From the IMG/VR virus record IMGVR_UViG_3300032435_000001: DNA of 64,000 nt. The stretch is one strand, 5' to 3'. This DNA is from a virus. The notes under the pieces are model-generated. The model worked only from the letters and a program-made list of their open reading frames with translations, searched no databases and had not been told where the DNA came from. Shown in pieces: positions 1 through 8,739 of the stretch. The translations under genes were made by a program, and so were the position numbers. Within the stretch, counting starts at the first letter, position 1; each line of letters begins with the position of its first letter.

Positions 1-20
1 TTTAAAGCTAATGCAATCAT
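1..20 (-). CDS. 5' end of a gene running off the window (MIALAL...)
   Basis: ATG at 20-18 shortly after the stop of the upstream co-oriented gene; only 6 full codons visible. Confidence 0.35.
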
Positions 21-33
21 ACCTAATTTCCTT

Positions 34-965
34 TTAAACCATTTTCCCATCAATTAATTTATTTACCATTTTGTTATAAAAATAACTTTTTATTATAGTT
101 TCCACATTATCCAATTCACCCCAATAAAATTGTTTCCCTTTTAAGTGGGTTATGAATTGTTTATTTTCACCCTCTTTAAAATCTCGACTAGTTATACCTC
201 TACCTAATGTTATAACATTATTAGTATAAATCAAGGATTCCAACAAAACGTTTGAGTTTATACCAATGATTTGCTCAGCGTATGGTAAATAGTGGTGAAC
301 ATTCTCATATACTTCAATAAAACCTTCCCTATGTTTTAAATCACATTTACCCATGGGATGTTTTTTAAATAACACTTTCACATCACTACCCAATTTTAAA
401 TTATCTTGAACATGTTGTAAAAACTCATCCATCTTTTAAAAGGTGAGTTTTGCGTTATATTAGTATCTTTTTCATCTTGTAAAGGAATGAATATAAACCT
501 ACCATTATATAGTGGTGGTTTTATATAAGTTTTTTTAATCTCATTGAAACACTCCTCATTAAAAGGTGATAAGTCACAAGTAAGGTTTTCAGAATTACCA
601 TTAACACCTTTAAAATCAAAAAATAATGTTTTGTAGTGGTCGAAAAAACCTAACTCAGCGAATACCATTTTTTCTTCTCCAAATTCTTTAATAATTTCCC
701 TATCACCCTCACTACCCCCATTCCAAGTGAATACCCATTCTGGGTTAAACTTTTTAGCTTCACTTAGTTGAACCCCATTAACTAATATGGAGTTGAAATT
801 ATTCTTATAAATTAATGGGTTTTTAGCTTCCGAATGATTCCATAATAAACATTCATGACCTAATTTTTCTAAAGTCCTAGCTAAGTTAGAGAATAACATA
901 TTAATGAATTGCCATCTGTATGGTCTATCTAAATTGCCAACCCCTACATGGAATAATATTCTCAT
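34..965 (-). pseudogene. KpsS-like capsule polysaccharide biosynthesis glycosyltransferase, split by a 1-nt frameshift into ORFs 396..965 and 34..432
   Basis: Motifs FAELGFF, GVNGNS and FIPLQDEKDTNITQNSPF in the first ORF; KKHP, INSNVLLESL and VITLG in the second. One extra base at 434-437 would fuse them into about 310 aa. Confidence 0.7.
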
Positions 966-1429
966 AACCTATCTTTGATTTTTTTCACTGGTACGCCACC
1001 CCAAATTTCATTTTTAGGGATATCTTTATTCACGAATGAATTAGCACCAATGATTGAATTATCATTAATTGTTGTATTATAACCAATAGTTATGTTGGCA
1101 CCTAACCATACATTATCACCAATTACGATATAACCTCTATCTAAAGGTTGTCCAACTAATGGTTTATCGTTAATTACATGTGATGATGTTATATATGATA
1201 TTCTAGGTCCTAATAAGGACCCGTTACCTATTTTTAGACTACCACTACACTGTATGAAGGAAAAGTAACCAATAACGCTATCTTTACCAATTCCTAACAC
1301 CCCATTTGACATCTCAATAATTGAATAATCTCTAATCTCACTACCAGCGGAAAGTATGACCTCACCACTACCAATAAAAATTACCGTTGATGCGATTTTA
1401 CCACCGTTATTTGTTATTTTTATAGCCAT
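962..1429 (-). CDS. hexapeptide-repeat (left-handed beta-helix) sugar O-acetyltransferase
   Basis: IGDNVWLGANITI, IIGANSFVNKDIP and WGGVPVKKIK, typical of the LacA/Maa/WbbJ family. Confidence 0.9.
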   Translation of the reverse strand: MAIKITNNGGKIASTVIFIGSGEVILSAGSEIRDYSIIEMSNGVLGIGKDSVIGYFSFIQCSGSLKIGNGSLLGPRISYITSSHVINDKPLVGQPLDRGYIVIGDNVWLGANITIGYNTTINDNSIIGANSFVNKDIPKNEIWGGVPVKKIKDRL

Positions 1430-2148
1430 TATAACCTTTTTATCTCTTTAAACGTTGGTTTTATCAGACTAATATTTAAATTAGGTTTAAGGTGGTGCTT
1501 GAAACCCATATCTACAAATTTATGAATATCCAACATACCATTTTCTTTTAAATATTCCTTACTTTTACCTTCGTAATGTATAATAGGCGAACTTAATATA
1601 TAAGCCATTTTATAACCACTGTCATACACATTTTGAAAAATGAAGTCATCACCACAATAAGTTCTTAGTGCGTGTGGTATAGGTTTGAATAAATCTCGCC
1701 TAATCGCATAGTCCCACCCTTGCATGTGTATATTATTTAACATCACTTCGTAACGTAATTCAGGTATCTCCTCACTAAAATTAGGGTGGTTAGTTGAGTG
1801 AACCGCAATACCAACATTGTTTTCCTTTTGAAATAACTCTATTGTGTCCTTAACAAAGTTATTACTGATTCTAACATCATTATTTAAGAAACATAATATT
1901 TCATCATCATATTTTTCATAGAACCAATTCCATACGTGGTTTAATGGGGTATTAACCTCATTTCTAACCACATCAATTTGTTTGAACTTAGAAACCAACA
2001 TATCAAGATATTCTTTAGTACCAAGTTCACTAGAATTTTGGTCAACTAGCGTTATTTTAAATGAGCTATAATTTTGATTTAATAAATCATTTATACAATC
2101 ATTTGTATAAGCTATGTTATTCAAGTTTACTACTAATATGTTAAGCAT
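1429..2148 (-). CDS. glycosyltransferase family 2 (GT-A)
   Basis: ILVVNLN, ITLVDQNS, FLNNDV, YCGDDFI and IIHYEGKS. Confidence 0.85.
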   Translation of the reverse strand: MLNILVVNLNNIAYTNDCINDLLNQNYSSFKITLVDQNSSELGTKEYLDMLVSKFKQIDVVRNEVNTPLNHVWNWFYEKYDDEILCFLNNDVRISNNFVKDTIELFQKENNVGIAVHSTNHPNFSEEIPELRYEVMLNNIHMQGWDYAIRRDLFKPIPHALRTYCGDDFIFQNVYDSGYKMAYILSSPIIHYEGKSKEYLKENGMLDIHKFVDMGFKHHLKPNLNISLIKPTFKEIKRL

Positions 2149-3022
2149 TAAAAGTTTCTTTATAAATTTTTATTATATCATCCACAACTAAAGAGCATTT
2201 GAATTTATCAACATCATACGGTATTGGTTCTAAACTGAAAGAGTTAATCTTACCATCCTTATTTATATCATACACCCAACCAGGCTTACCACATAACCAA
2301 CCCTCAATAGTTGTTCTACCTAATAATATCCCAGCTGTCTCATCACAACCTTTAAAGTATTTATCAACATCCCATGTTTGTGGGAAATGTTTAACGTGTT
2401 CATAACCTTTAGCTAAGTTTTTAACAAGAACACCATGTTCTTTACCGACTATCCATAACATATTACCATCATCGTGAGTTTTTTTAATCAAACTCACTAA
2501 CATAGGTTCCCTTAAAGTGTGAATAGACCCAACAAATAAAACTATTTTTTTTTCATTAATTTTATTTTCTTGATTATCAAGGTTAAACCTTTTATCATCT
2601 ATCGGGTTATAAATAACTGTAATTAACTCGTCAGGTACCCCATATTGGTTAATCAAATGTTCTTTAATTTTAGGTCTAATCGCTATGTATTTTTTAATCA
2701 TATCGTTAAAAATTGGTGCTTCTAAAGATATTAATTCAGAATGTATACCACACACTATTGGGGTGTTTACATATTTAGTAACTACATGTTTACAAACTAA
2801 CCCTTGATTAATGTGTAGTAAGTCAAATTCAACATCTGGGAGGTTATTTAACTGGTAAAGTTTAACACCATTATTCATAGCTTTTAAAGCTATATCCCCA
2901 CCAAAATTTGAGGCTACGCTAACATCAAAACCCCTCTCAATTAAACCTCTAGATAATTCATAAACGTATAATTCAGAACCAGTAAACGAATTAAAATTAA
3001 CACACGTTATCAGTATTCTCAC
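2141..3022 (-). CDS. glycosyltransferase family 4-like (GT-B)
   Basis: MRILIT..FTGSELYVYELSRGL, VIYNPID, VLFVGSI and GRTTIEGWLCGKP. Confidence 0.85.
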   Translation of the reverse strand: MRILITCVNFNSFTGSELYVYELSRGLIERGFDVSVASNFGGDIALKAMNNGVKLYQLNNLPDVEFDLLHINQGLVCKHVVTKYVNTPIVCGIHSELISLEAPIFNDMIKKYIAIRPKIKEHLINQYGVPDELITVIYNPIDDKRFNLDNQENKINEKKIVLFVGSIHTLREPMLVSLIKKTHDDGNMLWIVGKEHGVLVKNLAKGYEHVKHFPQTWDVDKYFKGCDETAGILLGRTTIEGWLCGKPGWVYDINKDGKINSFSLEPIPYDVDKFKCSLVVDDIIKIYKETFNA

Positions 3023-4545
3023 TAGCCAAGATTTTTAATATATTTATGTAATTTCGTATTTTTAATCATAAAAGGTAATAATCGCTCTTTATAATCAATT
3101 TGGATTTTAGCCATAGCTTCTTTGGATTTACCTCTTGTGAAACTTTCATAGTGATAACAAACAGCGTTACCCACAAAGTAATTTTTTTTATTCATTAAAA
3201 GACATCTAAGATTTAGTTCAACATCCTCAAAACACTCGATATATCCCTCATTAAAACCACCTATAACGTTAAATAAATTTTTATTAATTAACACAAAGGC
3301 ACCTGTATTACCTATAACTTCAGATACATCCCCATAATTATAATTCGTGTCTAGACCTAAATGTGTGAACACTAACCCACCATTTTGGTCCACAAAACTT
3401 AAAATACCAGCATGTTGTATTTTATTATTCTCAAAATGTAATCTAGCACCAACAGTGCCAACATGGTTTTTTTCTTTTTGATGAATCCTAACCATATTTG
3501 TAATCGCATCATTAATCATCACAATATCATTATTACAAAATAATAACAATTCACAATCATCAGATAGGTGATTTTTAACAACATCATTATTTATTTTAGC
3601 GAAATTATAATAATCATATTTGATTAGTTTAACATTTCTACCAGGATTTGAGTCAATAAACTTCTCAATTTCATCAATTTCCATTTCACTTGAACCAGTG
3701 TCAGCGACTAATAATTCGAAATTTTTATATTTTGTTTTATCGTAAATAGAGTTTACGCAATTAAATAATAAATTAAGATTACCCTTTGTTGGGATAATAA
3801 TATTTATTTTAGGCTCTTTTTTAATACTATAAACTTTATCATTATAAAATATTTCACCCTTTATCCCCAAAGGTATATTATCGGACCATTTTTCAATAAA
3901 TTTAACTCTATTATCTTCCCATTGTTGATTTACTTGACCTATCGATTTATGGGTAATTCTAATGTCAAACATAACACCAACTTTACAACCATTAATATGA
4001 TTACCAAAGGTAAAATCTAAATCATAAAAATGGAATCCCTTAACATCAGAATTAAACTCATACTTTAACCTATCTTTTTTAACAGCGAAGAATAAACCAT
4101 CAACCACCACACTCTGTAGTACTTTACTTCCAAAACTATTAGAATATTTTGATTCCCATTTTTTACCTTTATGTTCGTGATTAACAATCCCCAATGTTAG
4201 ATTTTTTTGGTCCCACCACTTACCACTTTTAGTGATTGAGGTTGTACCCACAACACCTAACACACCAAAATCAGTATCCTCAAAATGTTTAACTAATCTT
4301 TTTCCCCAATTTTTAGTTTCTAATATGATATCATCATGACAAAACACCACGATATCATGTTTAGCGTTTTTTAATTCGCCACCATAAACATCGGTTAGTG
4401 ATTTACCACCATTAAACCATTTTGATGTTGGGTCTGTGTTATTAATAACTTCAATAATTTCATAATCTTTAACACCAATAGTATTTTTAAGATGTTTAAT
4501 AAATTCTGGTCTACTTTCTTTTGATGAGAATATTACACTTATCAT
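3022..4545 (-). CDS. tandem two-domain GT-A glycosyltransferase (GT2-like + GT2)
   Basis: N-domain VVFCHDD, VVDGLF, FHFYDLD; C-domain IIIPTK, VADTGS, FCNNDI, IQHAG, FEDVELNLR, HYESFTRG. Confidence 0.88.
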   Translation of the reverse strand: MISVIFSSKESRPEFIKHLKNTIGVKDYEIIEVINNTDPTSKWFNGGKSLTDVYGGELKNAKHDIVVFCHDDIILETKNWGKRLVKHFEDTDFGVLGVVGTTSITKSGKWWDQKNLTLGIVNHEHKGKKWESKYSNSFGSKVLQSVVVDGLFFAVKKDRLKYEFNSDVKGFHFYDLDFTFGNHINGCKVGVMFDIRITHKSIGQVNQQWEDNRVKFIEKWSDNIPLGIKGEIFYNDKVYSIKKEPKINIIIPTKGNLNLLFNCVNSIYDKTKYKNFELLVADTGSSEMEIDEIEKFIDSNPGRNVKLIKYDYYNFAKINNDVVKNHLSDDCELLLFCNNDIVMINDAITNMVRIHQKEKNHVGTVGARLHFENNKIQHAGILSFVDQNGGLVFTHLGLDTNYNYGDVSEVIGNTGAFVLINKNLFNVIGGFNEGYIECFEDVELNLRCLLMNKKNYFVGNAVCYHYESFTRGKSKEAMAKIQIDYKERLLPFMIKNTKLHKYIKNLG

Positions 4546-4567
4546 ATTTTTTTATAAATTTGACTTA

Positions 4568-4596
4568 AATATAATTAATTTAAAATTTAAAGTAAA
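4568..4596 (-). promoter_or_regulatory. putative early/middle promoter TTTACT-N17-TATATT driving the glycosyltransferase cluster
   Basis: The same bipartite motif recurs at 10085-10113(-), 28781-28809(-) and 60056-60083(+). Confidence 0.55.
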
Positions 4597-4775
4597 TGTT
4601 AATTAAAAAAAGCCACATAAGGATATGTTGGTTTTAATTAGAATATGATAATAGTTTAATGTGGACCCAAACTAAATAACCCACCCAATAAATTAGATTT
4701 TATAAATGAAGTTTTTTTTAAAAAATAATCGTAAAACATTTTCTCATGTTTTTATGTTTTACATATTTTTTTTAA

Positions 4776-4782
4776 TATTTAT
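4776..4782 (+). promoter_or_regulatory. putative late promoter motif TATTTAT
   Basis: 15 nt before ATG 4798; one of 13 similarly placed copies. Confidence 0.55.
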
Positions 4783-4797
4783 AACAAAGTAAAGTCT

Positions 4798-5046
4798 ATG
4801 CCTAAAAATTTTTTAAAAAGTGCTCAAGTCAACACTTACGAAGTAGATAAATCAAATATTTATGGTAAATCTATCGGTATCAGTAAAACCGTAAGTGGTT
4901 CTGGTACAGGTGGTACTGATAACCCCAATGGTTCCAATGGTTCCAATGGTATCGATGATAATAACATAACAAATGTACCATTTATTTTGACCGAAAATAA
5001 TTTTTATTTACTTCAAGAAAATGGTTTTAAAATTAATTTAATTTAA
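4798..5046 (+). CDS. small structural/adaptor protein
   Basis: Gly/Asn linker and C-terminal ILTENNFYLLQENG motif; 2 nt upstream of a fibre gene. Confidence 0.6.
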   Translation: MPKNFLKSAQVNTYEVDKSNIYGKSIGISKTVSGSGTGGTDNPNGSNGSNGIDDNNITNVPFILTENNFYLLQENGFKINLI

Positions 5047-5048
5047 AA

Positions 5049-7256
5049 ATGCCAAACTTAAAAATTAGTCAACTACCTACGGGTCAAATTAACCCACAAA
5101 CGTTAATACCAGTTGTCACCAATGGTGTAACTTCAAAAATTAATATTAATGAATTAATTAATTCGGTAATACAAGTCATAAATACCGATGGTTCTTCTGT
5201 TAATATAACATGGGAAGGGTTATGGTCAGAAAATACTACTTATTCGGTTAATAGTGTGGTTCAATACGATAATTCTTCTTATATATGTGTTTCACCTATT
5301 ACAAATACTAATAATAATGAAAATCCGAGTCCAAGTATGGATACAGTCAATTGGGCTTTATTAGCGTCACAAGGTATACAAGGTGTTCAAGGGGTGGAAG
5401 GTATACAAGGTATACAAGGTATCCAAGGCGTTGCAGAGGAGGTAACCGTAAAGACTCTTGGTTTTGTTTCGGGGGAATGGAGTGAGGCACCTTTTAAAAG
5501 GCCATTAATTTTTGATATAAACACAGTGATAACTGGTCAATTTGGTTCTCAATTTAAACTACCTTCAGAGAGTGTTGTAGGGAGAGAAATTATTGTTCAA
5601 AACCCAAACAATATACCTGCTGAAATATTCCCATTTAATAATGGGGTTACAATAACAAGTACGCAAGTAAGCGGTCAGTCTGACCGATATTCAATTGGTT
5701 TTAATGAAAGAATAAGATTTATTTATTTAGGTAACGATAATTGGCTTTCTGAATTTATAAATACGGTAGCTCCAATTGTTGTCACTCCTTTTGTGCCCGA
5801 AACAGAGGGTTCTCGTGATGCGGGTACTTTTGAACAAGCTGAAACTTCTGCTAAAATTATTAGAAACTTTACTAGGGTAAACTTAGAAAATGATATTTCC
5901 ACTTACGTAGGCCTTTCCGCTTTAAACGTAGCGGTTGGCTCAGTTTTTACTATTTTAAATAAAAGTCAAACAAGGGTTTTAAATGTTAGACTTTTGGATG
6001 ATGCTACGGTGTTAATGTCTAATGGGTCTTATTCAAACCCAATTTACGAAATACAACCAAATACCGCTTGTAAATTTACAATGTCAGAAACAACTAGTGG
6101 AAGTGAGAAACTTTATTTGACTGAAATAATATATCCTCTTGGTATAAACCCAGAGATAATAGTTGCTCCCGTAAAGACACTTGGCTTGGTTAGAGGTTTT
6201 AGTAATGTAGACCCTTTTAGAAGACCATTAATTTTTGATATAAACACAGTGTTAGCTGGTCAATTTGGTTCTGAATTTAAACTACCTGACCTAACTTTGG
6301 AGACTGATATAGGTAGGGAAATTATTGTTCAAAATAATGAAGTTGCACCTGCTGAAATATTCCCATTTAATGGTGGTGTTACAATAACGAGTACGCAAGT
6401 AAACGGTCAGTCTGACCGATATACAATTGATTTCAATCAAAGAATAAGGTTTATTTATCTAGGTAACGATACTTGGCTTTCTGAATTTATAAATACGGTA
6501 GCCCCAGTAGTCCCAGCAGTTATACCAAATAAAACAACAGGTGAAGTACAATTTTTAACATTTTCTGCTCAACCTTTACTTTTACCCTTTGATATAAATA
6601 CAGTAAATTCAAATGATGATGGTAATCAGTTTAGACTACCTTTGTTGCCAAATTCAGACATAGGAAGAGAAATAATTGTTCAAAATAGGGAAATAGGTCA
6701 AGTGTTTATATATACCACCAATGATACTCCTACAATTACCTCCGCTTTTATAGGGGGGAATTCAAATCAATACATTATTAAATTTAACGAAAGAATTAGA
6801 TTTATTTATTTAGGGAGTACAAATTGGCTTGCGGAAATTATAACTACAGTTGTCCCAGTTGCCCCTGTGACAAAAGTTCAAAAAACCACAATCACAGCTG
6901 CTCAAGTTTTACAGCTTTTCACAACGCCTATTGCGATATTAAATAGTGGTGTAGAGGGTAAATGGATATACCCTACAAATATTTACATAAAAAGAAATGT
7001 AGGTGATAGTTATATTTTAGCAACCAATACATTTAATATTATTAACGATTTTGGTGATAGTATAGGGGTTAATATTAATCCGAACCCACTAACGAGTAGT
7101 GCCGTTGGATATACTCAGCACAGCATAAATATCGCTCAAAATGTAATAGGAGGTGCATCAAATACTTTATATAGATTAAGTGCAAATACGGGAAACCCAA
7201 CTTTAGGTACGGGAACGTTAGATGTTTATGTGACTTATAATGAAATAACACTTTAA
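5049..7256 (+). CDS. fibre/spike-like virion protein with CBM5/12-like module, short collagen-like run and three internal repeats
   Basis: N-terminal KISQLP motif; WEGLWSENTTYSVNSVVQYDNSSYIC; (GxQ)n run; three repeats of about 110 aa, each FDINTV...GREIIVQN...RIRFIYLG..WL. Confidence 0.7.
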   Translation: MPNLKISQLPTGQINPQTLIPVVTNGVTSKININELINSVIQVINTDGSSVNITWEGLWSENTTYSVNSVVQYDNSSYICVSPITNTNNNENPSPSMDTVNWALLASQGIQGVQGVEGIQGIQGIQGVAEEVTVKTLGFVSGEWSEAPFKRPLIFDINTVITGQFGSQFKLPSESVVGREIIVQNPNNIPAEIFPFNNGVTITSTQVSGQSDRYSIGFNERIRFIYLGNDNWLSEFINTVAPIVVTPFVPETEGSRDAGTFEQAETSAKIIRNFTRVNLENDISTYVGLSALNVAVGSVFTILNKSQTRVLNVRLLDDATVLMSNGSYSNPIYEIQPNTACKFTMSETTSGSEKLYLTEIIYPLGINPEIIVAPVKTLGLVRGFSNVDPFRRPLIFDINTVLAGQFGSEFKLPDLTLETDIGREIIVQNNEVAPAEIFPFNGGVTITSTQVNGQSDRYTIDFNQRIRFIYLGNDTWLSEFINTVAPVVPAVIPNKTTGEVQFLTFSAQPLLLPFDINTVNSNDDGNQFRLPLLPNSDIGREIIVQNREIGQVFIYTTNDTPTITSAFIGGNSNQYIIKFNERIRFIYLGSTNWLAEIITTVVPVAPVTKVQKTTITAAQVLQLFTTPIAILNSGVEGKWIYPTNIYIKRNVGDSYILATNTFNIINDFGDSIGVNINPNPLTSSAVGYTQHSINIAQNVIGGASNTLYRLSANTGNPTLGTGTLDVYVTYNEITL
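5448..6860 (+). repeat. intragenic domain repeats (about 5448-5775, 6171-6505, and diverged 6530-6860)
   Basis: Long identical stretches such as ccattaatttttgatataaacacagtg and ttggctttctgaatttataaatacggtagc occur in copies 1 and 2. Confidence 0.9.
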
Positions 7257-7271
7257 GATTTTAAGATTTTA

Positions 7272-7318
7272 ATAAAAAAAACTGCGAGAAACTTATGAAT
7301 CCCGCAGTTTTTTTTTAT
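7272..7318. terminator. bidirectional intrinsic terminator
   Basis: A-tract-CTGCG...CGCAG-T-tract between convergent genes. Confidence 0.8.
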
Positions 7319-7325
7319 GTTAAAA

Positions 7326-7475
7326 TTAAATAATAGATTTTAAGACATCCCCTTTTCTGTAAGCCATTACATCAAACGTAACTCCAAATGAGGAGTTATC
7401 ATTTCTAGTTTTGTGGATAAGTTTACCATTCATGTGAATGTAAGTCTCGTTATTTTTTTTTATAATCACTACCAT
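7326..7475 (-). CDS. small hypothetical protein, 49 aa (not in the ORF track)
   Basis: MVVIIKKNNETYIHMNGKLIHKTRNDNSSFGVTFDVMAYRKGDVLKSII; starts 5 nt after the dUTPase stop and ends at the terminator. Confidence 0.65.
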   Translation of the reverse strand: MVVIIKKNNETYIHMNGKLIHKTRNDNSSFGVTFDVMAYRKGDVLKSII

Positions 7476-7480
7476 AGCTT

Positions 7481-8053
7481 CTATTTTACGCCAGTACTAC
7501 CAAAACCCTTATCACTTCTATCAGTTTTAATGTTAATTGAATCTACTTTTACTAGCTCAACATAATTACTACCCATAGCTTTACTTATAACACCTTGCGC
7601 TATTCTATCACCGTTTTGAATTGTGAAGTCTTCTTTACCTAAATTAATTAGTATAATACCTACTTCACCACGGTAATCGGAGTCGATGGTGCCTGGTGAG
7701 TTTAAAACTGATATACCGTTTTTTAAAGCTAACCCACTTCTGGACCTAATTTGTATCTCATGATTTTCAGGTATCTCAAAAAATAAACCAGTTTTAATTA
7801 AACCCCTATCACCAGAGCGTAATGTAATTGGTTCTGATGTATGTGCTCTTATATCAAAACCAGCAGCACCACTTGTCTCATAGTTTGGGTCCTCATTATT
7901 TGATTGGTTTAAGAACTTAAAAACGTTTTCGGTTTCACTTAAAACTGCAAATTCTTTTAAGAAATCCTTATGACTATAGTTACTACTCAAATCTAAAGAT
8001 TCGAATAATTTTGCCTTAATACCTTTTAAACTTCTATTCACTTTTTGTTTCAT
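7481..8053 (-). CDS. dut: trimeric dUTPase
   Basis: All five motifs present: AGFDI, RSRSGLA, GTIDSDYRGE, GDRIAQ and RSDKGFGSTG. Confidence 0.97.
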   Translation of the reverse strand: MKQKVNRSLKGIKAKLFESLDLSSNYSHKDFLKEFAVLSETENVFKFLNQSNNEDPNYETSGAAGFDIRAHTSEPITLRSGDRGLIKTGLFFEIPENHEIQIRSRSGLALKNGISVLNSPGTIDSDYRGEVGIILINLGKEDFTIQNGDRIAQGVISKAMGSNYVELVKVDSINIKTDRSDKGFGSTGVK

Positions 8054-8636
8054 TATTTAAACTAATCTTATGATTTATTTGTTCTTCGGCAATAGCTAAT
8101 TGAATAGCTTGTTTTAATATTGTACCTAACATTGATGAATGGTAGTTAGCTTGTTTATCGGTATCATCTTTTGAGAAATTAAGTATAGCTTGATACTCAT
8201 CATCAGTAAAAGTAACACCATTATCCATAGCGTATTTGACGGACCTTTCCCCAACACTCATGGAGGTTGAATCATTTACGAATTCATACATTTTGCCTTG
8301 GTTAGTTCTATGGCATTCCGATAAACAAGGTTTATATAATTTAGCTTTACCTATTTGATGTAAGCAGCAAACTTTTATAAGTGATGCTACGTCAATAACC
8401 ATACCCTTATCTTTTGGTAATACATCATTAATTAAAAACGCATATTTAGTGACCCTTAGAGTGTGGTCAACTAACCCACCTTCAAAAGCATTGTGTAAAT
8501 CACTCATTGTCGAAGCTGGTGCTTCCATAAAATCAGCTCCCAAAAAATCCATTAACTCTTTAGTCATAAAACCATATTTTTCACCTGTTGCGAAATAATG
8601 TTTAATGTTTTTAACTACCCTATCCTTATCTAACAT
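8034..8636 (-). CDS. HD-superfamily hydrolase-like protein (YhaM-like HD domain, HD replaced by HQ)
   Basis: APAS...HNAFEGGLVDHTLRV and CCLHQIGK. Confidence 0.75.
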   Translation of the reverse strand: MLDKDRVVKNIKHYFATGEKYGFMTKELMDFLGADFMEAPASTMSDLHNAFEGGLVDHTLRVTKYAFLINDVLPKDKGMVIDVASLIKVCCLHQIGKAKLYKPCLSECHRTNQGKMYEFVNDSTSMSVGERSVKYAMDNGVTFTDDEYQAILNFSKDDTDKQANYHSSMLGTILKQAIQLAIAEEQINHKISLNNETKSE

Positions 8637-8678
8637 AATTTATTTATTTATTCACTCTGTTATTTATTAGACCAGAAA

Positions 8679-8700
8679 ACCCTCTAATTAATTAGAGGGT
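8679..8700. other. 22-bp perfect palindrome inside an operon (attenuator, processing site or operator)
   Basis: ACCCTCTAATTAATTAGAGGGT. Confidence 0.6.
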
Positions 8701-8739
8701 GGGAGGTTACTATTTATAATTCACCTAATTCTTATCTTT

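Noticed and set aside
5448-6505. Near-identical repeat pair as a diversity-generating retroelement TR/VR
   Set aside because: Both copies are in frame within one gene, mismatches are not adenine-specific, and no reverse transcriptase is present in the window
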